Position numbers and translations under genes: made by a program. A stretch of DNA of 64,000 nt from Ostreococcus lucimarinus (lineage: Eukaryota). The notes below the pieces were generated by a model. That model had not been told where the DNA came from and made no database searches. It saw only the letters and a program-made list of their open reading frames with translations. This document shows, one piece after another, positions 1 through 10,730 of the stretch. The stretch lies in assembly GCA_000092065.1 (NCBI GenBank), contig CP000585.1; one strand, written 5' to 3'. Every line of letters starts with the position of its first letter. The first letter of the stretch is position 1.

Positions 1-130
1 GTCCGCGCGCCCGCGCGTCGCGCGCGCGACGCCCGCGAGACGCGCGCCGTCCCGCGCGCGCCGTCCGCGCGCGCCCGCGAGACGCGCGCGCCCGAGACGC
101 GCGTCGCGCGCGCCCGCGAGACGCGTCGAC
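1..130. repeat. Degenerate GC-rich direct repeats (CGCGCGCCCGCGAGACGCG-like units, at least 3 copies) upstream of the first gene
   Basis: Recurring motif seen directly in bases 40-125. Function unknown; possibly a promoter-region low-complexity repeat. Confidence 0.4.
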
Positions 131-148
131 ATCACTCGGCGTCGCGCA

Positions 149-194
149 GTGCCGATGCCGCGCGACGACGCCGACGCGCGCGCGAACGCGACGC

Positions 195-232
<38 letters not shown>

Positions 233-3200
233 TCGCGCGAACGCGCGGCGACGGCGAGCGCGAGCGCGTCGAGCGCGGGCTTGCAAGAATCGCGCGACTT
301 TAAGTTTCCGTACGACGTCCGGGACGCGGCCGCGGCGCGCGAGAGACTGCCGATCGGACCGAGCGAGCGCACGCGGAGCGGAAAGCTGCGAAATGGGATG
401 GCGTACTACGTGGCGGAGAGCCAGAAGCCGAGGGAACACGCGGCGCTGGCGCTGGCGGTGGACGCGGGGTCGGTGTTCGAGGGCGAGGGCGAGCGAGGGG
501 CGGCGCACGTGGTGGAACACCTGGCGTTTCGATGCACGGAATCGTACGAACACTTTGCGATTGTGAACTTTTTAGAGTCGATCGGGGCGGAATTCGGTGC
601 GTGCTCGAACGCGTACACGAGCATGGATGAGACGGTGTACGAGTTGACGATTCCGACGCAAAAGGCGGAAGTGTTGGCGACGTCGATGCATATTTTGAGC
701 GAATTCGCGAGCGCGGTGCGGATATCGAACGAGGATGTGGCGTGCGAACGAGGGTCCGTGATGGAAGAATGGCGTTTAGGACGGGACGCGCGAGGACGCG
801 CGGCGGAGGCGTATTGGAAGACGTTGATGGAGGGGTCGTTGTACGCCGAACGCTCGCCCATCGGATTGGAGGACTTTATACAAAACGCCGACCCGCAGGT
901 TTTGCGAGACTTTTACGCCAAATGGTACCGACCTGAACGCATGGCGGTGATTGCGGTTGGAGATTTTCAAGACCTGGACGACGTCGTGAGCCTGATCGAG
1001 AGCACGTTTCAAGACTTGAAGCCGAAAGAAGGGCAGCCCGCGGAGAATCCAGTCATGGAACGACCAAAAAACTCCGCGATGGAGCATTCCGAACCGCGCG
1101 TCGTGACGCACGTCGATCGCGAGTTGAAGCAGACGGCGGTGACAGTGACGTTCAAGTACGCGAGTATTCCGGTGGACACTCCGCGCGGGTATTATTTGAA
1201 GACGGTCGAGGATATTTACAAGACGGCGCTCGATAATCGATTGTATCGCATGATGCGTCAACCAAAGCCCCCATTTTTCAGCGCGGGTGGCATCATCGAG
1301 GACGCGACGAGGACGACGACTTTACTCAGCGTGCAGGCGACGTGCGCGGAGAGCCGTGCGAGCACAGGTTTAGAGGCGTTACTTCGCGAACTCGCGCGTA
1401 TTCGATTGCACGGAATTTCGGAGCAAGAGTTGAAAATCGCCAAGTCGCGCATGCTCGCCGATACAGAGCAATTGTACGCAGAACGCGAGCAGACATATTG
1501 TGAGTCTGTTCGCGATGAGCTAGTGTGCCATTTCTTGCGCGGTGATCTCGTCATCGGAGCTGAAGACGAGGCGGCTCTTGCCAAGGCGTGCATTGAGCGC
1601 GTGTCACAAGAAGACGTGTTGGCGTTTGCGCGTCAATTGAACGTGCGTAACTCGTGCGTGATTCGCGTACAAGAAGGTAGAAAGCGTACAAGTGAAGATG
1701 ATTTGCGAGAAGCGATCGAGAATGTCCGCTTGAGGGAAATTGAGGGTGCAATTGACCAAAGCGAAGTGTTTGATATTCCCGAGGTATTGATGGACGCGAC
1801 TTCATTGACTTCTGGCACCATCGTCGGCTCGCGAGAGTTACCGGCGTTGGAGGTGAATGAGATCACCCTGAATAACGGTATGCGCATCGCCATTCGCGTG
1901 ACTGATTTTCTTGACGATCAAGTCCTCATACGTGGTGTCGCACGAGGTGGCCTTTCGGAGGTAGCGCAGATTGATTACATCGATGCGATGTGCTCAAACA
2001 TGGTCGCCAGCGAACTTGGCATCTACGGCCATCGACCGGATGTCTACGACGGTATCATAGCGGGTCTAAGATCGGACGTGCACGCCAACGTAACCATGTA
2101 TCGCCGTAATATTGAAGGTGAAACATCACCAGTGGACATCGAAAGCGCGCTGCAGTGCATTCATCTTTTGTTCACGCACGACGTGAGCACGACGAATGAT
2201 CCGGAAGTTTTAGAGACACTGATGCAGATGCAGGAGGAAAAAATTAGAAATCAAAGTCGAGACCCCGAAAGTAAATATAGCGAGGTCGTTCGCTCGCTCG
2301 TCTACGGCGAGTCGTACCATAGTCAGCGAATTACCGTCAAGTCGTTGCGTGAGATGGACAGCAAAAAGGCTTGCGCGTTCTTCGACGCTTGCTTCTTGGA
2401 TCCGTCTGAATTTACCATGGTTTTCGTCGGAGCGATCGATTCGAAGACACTCGTTCCGCTCATCGAAAAGTATCTCGGCTCGATTCCGCCGGCGTCACCC
2501 ACCAAGGTTCTCAAGGCCTTTGAAGGTATTAGTCAACGCAAACGCAGCTTGACACCGTTCCTGCTGAAGTTCCCGACGCGCGTCATCTCGCGCACTGTGC
2601 GAGCGCACATGCGGGAAGGGATGTCTAAGGCGTCGATTACGTTTCCCGTGCGCATACAAAATCCGGACTTTCACAACAGTCGCGGACGTTCGACGCTCTT
2701 GGGCGGAAAAGAGTTGACCGTGGCAAAGTTTAAGACGGTCATGACGGCGGCAATCATCGAGAGACGATTGCTGGCTTTGCTGAGATTTGAATACGGCGAG
2801 ATTTACACCTGCCACGCGGATGCATCGTTCGGCTACCAAGACCCGGATGTCGCTGGTGAAATGTACTCGGGCGATATCATGGTATCATTCTCGTGCGCTC
2901 CGGAGCGAGGCGCTCACCTCGCGGCACACGCCCGAGAAGTCGTGAGACATCTTCGCGAACACGGTCCGACGGAGGAAGACGTGCACGCCGTTCGCGAATG
3001 CGAAATTCGAGACTTTGAAGTCAGTCGACAAGAGAACACATTTTGGCGCGAGTATATCACCGAACTCTATAAATCGCGGATGATGCACAAGAGTATTCTG
3101 AACGGCGATATCGAAGCGCTATATCGAATGACTGAAGAAGTGCGAGAGGAAGTTATCGAGTCCCTCTCCCCGGCGGTGATTCGCGAGCATTTACAATGCG

Positions 3201-3376
3201 TCATGAGCATGAATAATTCCGTTACCGTCGTTCTCAAGCCGCAGCGATCGCTCTTGCGACGCATCTTCGTTCCATCGTTCGAAACCCGCGGAGAGGCGAT
3301 TTACTCCGCGGTTTACTTATCAGGAATCGCGCTCACTGCGAGCGCGATATATGCGAGATGCCACAAGAAGGACTGA
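149..3376 (+). CDS. M16 (pitrilysin/insulinase) family zinc metallopeptidase, stromal-processing-peptidase-like, about 1075 aa
   Basis: Inverted zincin motif HVVEH followed by NAYTSMDETVY (the Glu-ligand region typical of M16). The length and motif spacing resemble plant/algal stromal processing peptidase. The N-terminus carries a poly-Asp run encoded by (GAC)n. Confidence 0.72.
196..229 (+). repeat. (GAC)n trinucleotide microsatellite encoding poly-Asp
   Basis: About 11 perfect GAC units lie inside the 5' end of the M16 ORF. Confidence 0.85.
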
Positions 3377-3450
3377 ATCGCGTCGTCGCGCGTTGGAATA
3401 CAATGTTGGAATACACGATAATACCATACACACCACAACACGCCGCCACC

Positions 3451-4260
3451 ATGTACGCGAGTCGTTTTAGTTCAATCATTCCCACGCTTGACTTCCACCG
3501 TCGCGGTATCGTCTCGCGCGCGTCGCCACGTTCAACTGTTCCCACGCTTGACTTCCACCGTCGCGGTATCGTCTCGCGCGCGTCGCCACGGCGCGGAGGC
3601 ATCTCAGGAGTCACTTCGGCGCACCTCAACGTGCACCGGCCTAGCGGTGGCGACGATGCCATGGACCGCGTTCAGATCTCGGATCCGGACCCGTTCAGCG
3701 CGAAGGCATCGGATTACATGTCAACTCCCGCAGCCTTCGTAACGCCAGAGCTTGAACTGGGCGACCCGATCGTCAAAAAGCTTCTGCGTTCCTACTCTGG
3801 CGTTCCGGTGCTCGATAAATCGCGACACGTCATTGGAGTGCTCTCGCACAAGGACATATCGGCCGTCGAAGTGCTCGAGAAGAGCAAGGTGAAAGATGTC
3901 ATGAGCAAACCAGCACACGTCGTGACGAGTGGTGCGAATCTCGCCCAAGTCTGGGCTGAAATGCTGCAGTGGAAGGTCTGGCGGCTGCCCGTGGTCGATC
4001 CAGTGTCGAAGCAACTCGTTGGCGTATTGTGCCGCTCGGACATCCTGACTCCGATACTGAACACTGCTGAAGACATTCGTACGCACGGTGAGGAAGTCGA
4101 GCGTGAAGAACACATGGGCATGCTCAAAGACGAAAAAGACGAAGAGGATGCGTTGGCCGATGACGAAGGAAGCGCTGAATTCTTCTCGGCCGACGCCGAC
4201 GCCGACGTCGTCGACGACGCCGACGACGACAACGGCGAGCCGTACTCGCGCACCCCTTAA
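3451..4260 (+). CDS. CBS-domain pair (Bateman) protein with acidic C-terminal tail
   Basis: Two CBS-like modules are present (GVPVLDKSRHVIGVLSHKDI and LPVVDPVSKQLVGVLCRSDIL). The track ORF starts at 3358 but overlaps the M16 stop, so the Met at 3451 is a more plausible start. The N-terminal region contains a 60-bp tandem duplication. Confidence 0.6.
   Translation: MYASRFSSIIPTLDFHRRGIVSRASPRSTVPTLDFHRRGIVSRASPRRGGISGVTSAHLNVHRPSGGDDAMDRVQISDPDPFSAKASDYMSTPAAFVTPELELGDPIVKKLLRSYSGVPVLDKSRHVIGVLSHKDISAVEVLEKSKVKDVMSKPAHVVTSGANLAQVWAEMLQWKVWRLPVVDPVSKQLVGVLCRSDILTPILNTAEDIRTHGEEVEREEHMGMLKDEKDEEDALADDEGSAEFFSADADADVVDDADDDNGEPYSRTP
3478..3597 (+). repeat. Perfect 60-bp tandem duplication (2 copies) in the N-terminal coding region of the CBS protein
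   Basis: attcccacgcttgacttccaccgtcgcggtatcgtctcgcgcgcgtcgccacg... is repeated. It encodes PTLDFHRRGIVSRASPR twice. Confidence 0.8.
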
Positions 4261-4421
4261 AATCACTCACTTCGCTCCGAACCGCGTTTACTCGATGCAC
4301 TCAATACGATCGAATGGATTGAAACGTCGACGCGCGCTCGGCGTCGCCCAACCGCCCGACCGTCGCCTCACACCTCGCCCAACCGTCGCCTCACACCTCG
4401 ACTCGCGCCGCCTCGCGCGCG

Positions 4422-5000
4422 ATGTCCATCGCGCGCGCGATTCAACACCTCGATCGATACGCTCAAAAAGATCTTCGCGCGCTCACCGCGCGCGTGCTCG
4501 AACCCGCGCTGCGCGCGCTGCCCGAGGCATTCGAAAACGACTCCGAGGACGCGCTCGCGCTTCGCGAGGCGTTCGACGCGAACGAACGCGAGTGCGCGCG
4601 CGTGAGCTCGAGCGCGAAGGATGTCTTCGCGTTCGCGGCGTCGTCGGGCGCGAGCGGGGAGACGTTGGTGGCGATGTTGATCGAACGCGGGGCGAGCGCG
4701 GCGTTGGCGAGCGCGTGCGGCGGCGCGTGGGCGTCGAAGGGAGAAGAGGCGCTGAAGCGGGTGAAATCGACCCCGTTCGGGGCGCCGAAAATAATGACGG
4801 ACGTGCAGTGGGAGCTGAGTCTGCCGCTCACGGGATCGGAGCAAGAGTTATTAGGGAGTTTAGACATAGAATTGAGCGAACCGACGCCGAGCGGGGTGAT
4901 GAAACGCGAGACGTTTAACTGCGAGTTTGATCGCGCCGGGCTCGTGGATTTCTTCCGCGACGTGGAGAAGATACAGACGCAAATAGATGCTTTGATGTAA
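4422..5000 (+). CDS. COMM-domain containing protein (COMMD-like), 192 aa
   Basis: The C-terminal about 70 aa (VQWELSLPL...LDIEL...FNCEFDRAGLVDFFRDVEKIQTQIDAL) match the COMM domain pattern. Confidence 0.5.
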   Translation: MSIARAIQHLDRYAQKDLRALTARVLEPALRALPEAFENDSEDALALREAFDANERECARVSSSAKDVFAFAASSGASGETLVAMLIERGASAALASACGGAWASKGEEALKRVKSTPFGAPKIMTDVQWELSLPLTGSEQELLGSLDIELSEPTPSGVMKRETFNCEFDRAGLVDFFRDVEKIQTQIDALM

Positions 5001-5019
5001 CGTGAGCGTATTTACAATC

Positions 5020-7368
5020 CTAAGCTCGTCGAGGACTCATTAACGGTGAGTCGCGCACGACGCTCGGCGATTTTACGTCGCGCGAGAGTCCAAAGTCCAA
5101 AATCGACCCTCCCTCGTCGCCTTCGTCGTCGAAATATCCTCCCGTACCCGCGATTCCGGCGTTGTCGCCATCATTCGCGCATTTGCTACGCTTATTGAGC
5201 CAGTCGAAAAGAATGGGTGCACTTTCTTTGCTCAACTTCTTCGTCGACGCGAAGAGCTCGCACGCCGCTCGGATGCTATCCACGCTCGCCGCGCTTGTGC
5301 TGCTCGCTGCGATTCCGTGCACGTCTGCCGTGGCGCCAAAGTTGTGTGAACTACCATGACGAGCGTGCTTCGAAGTATCGATCGGTTCGTATTCGTATAC
5401 GATCTGTTTTGCCCGTTTTTTGCGTTGCTTACGACTCTTCTTCGTATTTATCAGCGTCGCCTCGACGGCGGTCGCCAACGCCTCAGTGGTGAGCTCATCT
5501 GCGGCGAGCATGAGCATTCGCAGGACTTCTTCGTGCACTTCTAAGCTCGCCGACGTCGAGCGGATCAAAATACCATCGACAGCATACTTCCAAAGCGCGC
5601 TGTCTACGGTAGTCTGCTTCTTTTTCAGCATCGTTGACATGCGATTTGCCAAAGTCAAGGCGAACGCGCCTTCGTAAATGATGACGTCGTCGATGAGCAC
5701 GTCGGCGGCAATTTCTAAAACCTCCGTCGCCGTTCGGATGTTGTTGCGCTGTAAACAAATCAATGCGTACGTCAACATAATTTTACGTATGGCAGGAGAC
5801 CAGATCATCAACTCTTTGAACTTGCCGCGAGTTTCAACATCTATGTCGGGCTCGTGCGCGCCATCCGTCTCCATATCGTCGTCGTTGTCTCTCAGCATCA
5901 CGTCCAACATGAGCTTACCCAAGAGCGTGTAGAAGTCTTTGACAATTGGCTCTGGTGTAGCTGGGACCTCTGAAAAGTTCTCACGCAAACATGCCTGAGA
6001 TGTGAGCGCGAGACAGATGAACTTGGTCAAATCATGCAAGCGCGGCTCCTTCTTCGGTACGCCCTCCGCCTCGATGACGGCTTCGAGCGTGCGAATGGTT
6101 TCGTGCAACAGCAGGTGTAATACCGGAGGATCTTGTAAAATCATCCCCATATCTCCCGGTACTTGTTCTAGTGTGTCATCCCTTTCGTGCACGTCGTGCA
6201 CACGACTGATACTACCGCCGTCGTCGCTCTCGTTCCCATCTTTCTTTGCTTCAGCCTTCTTCGCGCCAAAACCGACGATTCGGAATCGCGTTGGCTTTGT
6301 TTTTGTTGGTTTCTTCACGGTTTTGCTTTTGGCTTTCTTCACCGCATTATCAATCAAGCTCCCCATCTCTTTGAGACGTCTTCCATCCAGGTATCTGTCT
6401 CGAATGCACGCATCCATGAGCCACGCTAAGCGATGACACTTATCCATCGAGCACAATTCATTTTCACCCGCGTCGTGATACGACATGAGCAACTGCGATC
6501 GCAGCGAGCACGCGGAGTCGTCCCCGCTGTTCGCGAAGTGCGCGCGGCACAGACGAATCACTTCAATGTACAAGGATGGGTTCATGCTGTTTTTCGTCGT
6601 ACCGATGATGTTCCTCAATCTATTGACGCTGGCGCTCTCGGTGCGCAACGCCTTTCTGCTCTTCGCGCCGCCCGCGCCGCCGTCGCTCGTCCCCCGCGCC
6701 GCGCTCGTGGGCGACCAATCATCACTCGCGTTCAACTCCGCCAGCGTCATATCCTGATTCATATTCATCCTAACCGCCTCCGTCTCCTCGCCGTACGCCA
6801 TCATCGACGGCGAGACGTGCCTTCGCAGCAACGCCGCGTCCTTCACCCAGCACTGTCGCTGCACCTCCACCGGCAGTTGTCGAAACATTCCCATGTCTCG
6901 GCTCACCTGCTTCAAGTACGAGCTCGGCACCGGTGTCATGTGCGCGAATACCGTCAACGGCACCGCTTTCAATTCCTCGATCCCGATGTACGGAAACGAC
7001 GCATCCAGCAGGCTCAGCAGCGTCCCCTGCGGCAGCGTCGGCGCGCGGCGCGTCAGCTCCGCCACCGCTCGCTCCAGCATCTCCCTGTACGCCTCCCCTC
7101 GTTTCACTCCGAGCGCGCTCAGCAATCCAAGCACGGGTTCGGTGTCGGTATCGAGCAACGCTCCGTGCTTGCGCACGCGCTCCATCGCCGCCGCGACGTC
7201 GTCAGCGCGGCTCAGCGTCGCGGCGATGTAATCTTGCCCCTCACCACCGACGAGCACTTTCCCGTCGAGCGACGCGCGACGACGCGCCATGGCGCCCTCG
7301 GCGACGTCGGCGGACGCATCGTCCGCGTTCGCGCGGCTCGGCGAGCGCGGCTCGGCCTCGGACGGCAT
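5020..7368 (-). CDS. NELF-B (COBRA1)-like protein, 782 aa
   Basis: Collinear similarity to NELF-B blocks recalled from memory: CSLRSQLLMSYHD...CSMDKCHRLAWLMDACIRDRYLDGRRLKE versus CTLRAELLMSLHD...CTVDPCHKFTWCLDACIRERFVDSKRARE, and MILQDPPVLHLL versus MILCDPFAINTL. Needs database confirmation. Confidence 0.55.
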   Translation of the reverse strand: MPSEAEPRSPSRANADDASADVAEGAMARRRASLDGKVLVGGEGQDYIAATLSRADDVAAAMERVRKHGALLDTDTEPVLGLLSALGVKRGEAYREMLERAVAELTRRAPTLPQGTLLSLLDASFPYIGIEELKAVPLTVFAHMTPVPSSYLKQVSRDMGMFRQLPVEVQRQCWVKDAALLRRHVSPSMMAYGEETEAVRMNMNQDMTLAELNASDDWSPTSAARGTSDGGAGGAKSRKALRTESASVNRLRNIIGTTKNSMNPSLYIEVIRLCRAHFANSGDDSACSLRSQLLMSYHDAGENELCSMDKCHRLAWLMDACIRDRYLDGRRLKEMGSLIDNAVKKAKSKTVKKPTKTKPTRFRIVGFGAKKAEAKKDGNESDDGGSISRVHDVHERDDTLEQVPGDMGMILQDPPVLHLLLHETIRTLEAVIEAEGVPKKEPRLHDLTKFICLALTSQACLRENFSEVPATPEPIVKDFYTLLGKLMLDVMLRDNDDDMETDGAHEPDIDVETRGKFKELMIWSPAIRKIMLTYALICLQRNNIRTATEVLEIAADVLIDDVIIYEGAFALTLANRMSTMLKKKQTTVDSALWKYAVDGILIRSTSASLEVHEEVLRMLMLAADELTTEALATAVEATLINTKKSRKQRKKRAKQIVYEYEPIDTSKHARHGSSHNFGATADVHGIAASSTSAASVDSIRAACELFASTKKLSKESAPILFDWLNKRSKCANDGDNAGIAGTGGYFDDEGDEGGSILDFGLSRDVKSPSVVRDSPLMSPRRA

Positions 7369-7643
7369 CGTCGCGGGCGAATGCCGAATGCGCGTCGGAT
7401 TGTGTCGTCGAGTTTCTTCGCGCGCGACGGCACAGCGCGATGTCCGCCGCCGCGGCGCGAGGACGCGCGCGACTCGATGCGTTTCGCGCGCGTCGCGCGA
7501 GCGCGGAGAAAGCGGCGGACGCGGTGGAGGCGCGCGAAGGCGATGGATTGAAGATTAATCACGCAGACGCGAACGCGAACGCGCGCGACGCGACGCGCGC
7601 GCGCGTCGAGACGAGCGTCGGCGACGCGTCGCGGGATGGAGCG

Positions 7644-9062
7644 ATGAGCTCACGCGCCGAGGCGTCGAGCGCGAGGACGACGACGGGGGTGGACGTCGTC
7701 GCGGAGGAGAACGCGCGCGGCGGCGCGCGGGACGCCGCGGCGTTCGAAGCGGCGACGCCGTTCGACGTCGAAGACGACGACGCTCGCGAGGTGGCGAACG
7801 CGGGGGAGACGACGATGGGGGTGCGAAATGCGTACGCGGATTTGGCGGACGCGTACGTGGAGACGGTGGTGACGAGATCGGACGCGGCGACGCGAGAGGA
7901 CGCGCGAGACGCGAAGACGGGCGTGTTGGGCGTGACGACGTCGACGGATCGCGCGCGGGAACAGTACGAACGGGTGATGCGCGCGATCGGCGGGGGTGCT
8001 GAGATCGATGCGAGGCTGTTCGATGATCCCGAACGCGCGGATGATGGCGCGAATGATGCGACGGATGAAGCGGAGAAATCGTCGACTGAGACGTTTCCAG
8101 AATTGGACGCAATAATCGAACAAGTACGCGTGAGTGGTGTCATCAGTGACGCGTCCTCGCGCGTCGTGCGGGACGACCAAAGCGAGATCTCGATGTTGCA
8201 GGAAGTCATTGACGATATGACGACCGAAAAGCTCGGGCTCATGCGCGGTTTGCAAAAGTCTCAAGCCATGGTGGACAAACTGGCGAATGAAAACGATGCG
8301 CTGATGCAGAGATACAACGAAACTAAGTCGCAGCTCTCGCACACGCGCGACGAACTCGATCGTTTATGGTTGCAGTATCAAGAGCGTTCAGCCATGGGTG
8401 GTGATAACGATGGTTTAATGATGGGCAATCCAGACACGAGCGAGCGAGTGCAATCGCTCGCGGCGGAAGTCGTCGCTCTGGAGGAACGCTTGCAAGACAT
8501 GGCTCGGATCGAGGATGAGAACGATCGACTACGCGCGGAGGCGAAACGATCAAATTCGCACGCTTCCGAACTCGAGCTCGTACTCGAGGCCACGCGAGAG
8601 CAAGATCGTTTGTTCAAAGAGCGCATTCGCGAATCAAACTTTATGAAGACGCTCGAGAAACTCGACGAGGACGAAGCCGTGTTTCTTTGTGCGTGGTTAA
8701 AGAAGAAGGATGCAGACGTCGAACGAGAAGCTAGAGAAAAAGCGTCATCCATGGAGAAGCAACGAGAGCAGGCCGAGTTATCGGCAAATACCACGGAAAC
8801 GGACGACGAGCAAATCGAGTTACTATCATCGATTCACGAACTGCTCGAGCAGCTCGAGATCGAAAAGAAGACTTTATCGCGGCAACTTAACAGTGCGAAT
8901 GAGGCAAAACAGCAACTCTCTGAGCGTAACACATTGCTAGAGTCACAGCTGGCGAAGGTTTTGAATCGACTCGCCGACGGTGGCGACGGTTGGAGTAGCG
9001 AAGAAGAAGAGAAACCGAGACGCGGCGGATTGTTTTCGTTTTTACGTCGCCGGCAAGAGTAG
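7644..9062 (+). CDS. Coiled-coil protein (heptad-rich C-terminal half), start uncertain
   Basis: The long ORF 6933..9062 is antisense junk over the NELF-B gene in its first third. From about 7644 (MSSRAEASS) onward it encodes an acidic region then an extended coiled coil (LQEVIDDMTTEKLGLMRGLQKSQAMVDKLANENDALMQRYNETKSQL...). An alternative start lies near 7443. Confidence 0.4.
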   Translation: MSSRAEASSARTTTGVDVVAEENARGGARDAAAFEAATPFDVEDDDAREVANAGETTMGVRNAYADLADAYVETVVTRSDAATREDARDAKTGVLGVTTSTDRAREQYERVMRAIGGGAEIDARLFDDPERADDGANDATDEAEKSSTETFPELDAIIEQVRVSGVISDASSRVVRDDQSEISMLQEVIDDMTTEKLGLMRGLQKSQAMVDKLANENDALMQRYNETKSQLSHTRDELDRLWLQYQERSAMGGDNDGLMMGNPDTSERVQSLAAEVVALEERLQDMARIEDENDRLRAEAKRSNSHASELELVLEATREQDRLFKERIRESNFMKTLEKLDEDEAVFLCAWLKKKDADVEREAREKASSMEKQREQAELSANTTETDDEQIELLSSIHELLEQLEIEKKTLSRQLNSANEAKQQLSERNTLLESQLAKVLNRLADGGDGWSSEEEEKPRRGGLFSFLRRRQE

Positions 9063-9209
9063 GACACAACTAGTTAGCTAGATGACCGTTTGACCGTTGC
9101 CGATAACCGGCAGTGTCAGATTGTACACAATTTCTTATCACATTAGCTATATCGGACGTCCGCGCATGACATTGACACGAATCTCGCTTGGTCTCGTCGC
9201 ATCAAAAGG

Positions 9210-10730
9210 TTAAACGTTTTCGTATACGTGTACCTTCCCCGAATACCCGGCGGCCAGAATGATCTGGCCGGTGGTACCACTGAGTTCCTCTAAAGGAAAC
9301 GCTCTCGTGGTGCGAAGATCGTCTGGTCCGAATCGCGCTACGGTTACGTGCTGTTCGCTCGTCGTGAACTTTTCGTAAGTGCTCTGCTTTGCTGTCGCAC
9401 CTCCACCGCACGCGCAGGCGGGTAGCGTCGTACAATGTGCGCGCCAGATGAACACATCCGGGCTCTCGCTACCACTAACGATGTACTCGCCGTTCGTAGA
9501 ATAACTCGCTTGAATTTGTGCGTTTTGATTTGAGTGCCCTTTATACTTGCATTGTAAGACGGCGCTACCATCGTACAGGCGAAGTCTGCTATCGTTTGCG
9601 GTGACGAGTAATTCGTCTTGTTCATCATCCGCGGGCATGAAATTCAGTCCCGTGATCTTTCTGCCCAAGAGTTTGGAGCCGCGCGCGTTCTTAACTTGGA
9701 TTTGATGCGAGTACTTAAACTTGAAACTATCCGTGCCATAAAAGTGACATTTTCCCTTGTGCGTCCCGACGACGGCGCGACGACCGCAAGACGAGAACGT
9801 GCACGAGGTCACCATTTCACCAATATCAACCCAATCAACCACCTTTAAATCAGGGATGTTCCACATACGCAATTTTCCATCGAGCGAGCCGGAGATGAAG
9901 AATTTGTCGTTGACGGGATTAAATTTTATCGACGTCACGAAGTCTTGATGTGTGAAGATTCGTAAGCATTCATCCATCGTCGTGTACCACAGTCGTACCG
10001 TCTTATCCATCGAACTCGACAGCAACCAATCGGTGTGCGACCAACAGAGATCCAAAATATCGCCGCGATGTCCTGTGTACGCGCGAACCGGAGCGTCCTC
10101 GAACAGCGCCTCCCCTCGCAGCTTGCCCGAGCGAAACGTTTTCCATACCCTCACCACTCTGTCTTGCCCCGCTGTCGCAAGATAGCTACCGTTTGCGTTG
10201 AATTGCATCGCCCAAACCGCGCCTTCTTGCGAACCCAGCGCTTGAATGCGTCGAAGATTTTTTAACGATTTCTCCGTTCCGCGCGCGTGCACCGTCACCG
10301 GCGGTGCTTGATCTGGCAACCCAGCGCGCGAACCGAACTCATTCACCGTCAGCGACGTCCCAGTCGCGGCGTCTTTTACGATTTTACGCGACGAATGATG
10401 CGCGGTCAAAAATGCGCTCGCTTCGGACTTGTGCATGATAAACTCCTCCCCCGTGTCCACGTCTTTGATTTTCAGCGTCCCCGCCTTCTCGAGCGCCTTT
10501 TTCGATCGCACGTCGCCCTCGCGCGTCTTCTCAACGCCCCGTTGTCTTAAATCACCCGGTTCCATCGCGTTTCGATCGGCCACGGACCCACTCGATCCGT
10601 CGGAGACGTCTCCTCCCCACTGCGTTCGCCTTCGCGAGCCTCCGAGCTGCTCGTCGCCGCCCACGAGCGCGCGCGGCGACGTCATCGGCGAATGAAATCC
10701 ACCCCCGGTGTCGCTCGTCCTACGGATCAC
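9210..10730 (-). CDS. WD40-repeat protein (WDR44/rabconnectin-like architecture), 506 aa
   Basis: Multiple WD repeats in the C-terminal two-thirds (LATAGQDRVVRVWK, SSSMDKTVRLWY, SGSLDGKLRMWN, and so on). Confidence 0.6.
   Translation of the reverse strand: MIRRTSDTGGGFHSPMTSPRALVGGDEQLGGSRRRTQWGGDVSDGSSGSVADRNAMEPGDLRQRGVEKTREGDVRSKKALEKAGTLKIKDVDTGEEFIMHKSEASAFLTAHHSSRKIVKDAATGTSLTVNEFGSRAGLPDQAPPVTVHARGTEKSLKNLRRIQALGSQEGAVWAMQFNANGSYLATAGQDRVVRVWKTFRSGKLRGEALFEDAPVRAYTGHRGDILDLCWSHTDWLLSSSMDKTVRLWYTTMDECLRIFTHQDFVTSIKFNPVNDKFFISGSLDGKLRMWNIPDLKVVDWVDIGEMVTSCTFSSCGRRAVVGTHKGKCHFYGTDSFKFKYSHQIQVKNARGSKLLGRKITGLNFMPADDEQDELLVTANDSRLRLYDGSAVLQCKYKGHSNQNAQIQASYSTNGEYIVSGSESPDVFIWRAHCTTLPACACGGGATAKQSTYEKFTTSEQHVTVARFGPDDLRTTRAFPLEELSGTTGQIILAAGYSGKVHVYENV

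Noticed and set aside
3478-3597. Regularly spaced direct repeats (60-bp, 66-bp, 21-bp arrays here and at 27943-28074 and 15250-15380) considered as a CRISPR array
   Set aside because: They are head-to-tail with no spacers, lie inside eukaryotic coding sequence and keep reading frame. They are coding minisatellites.
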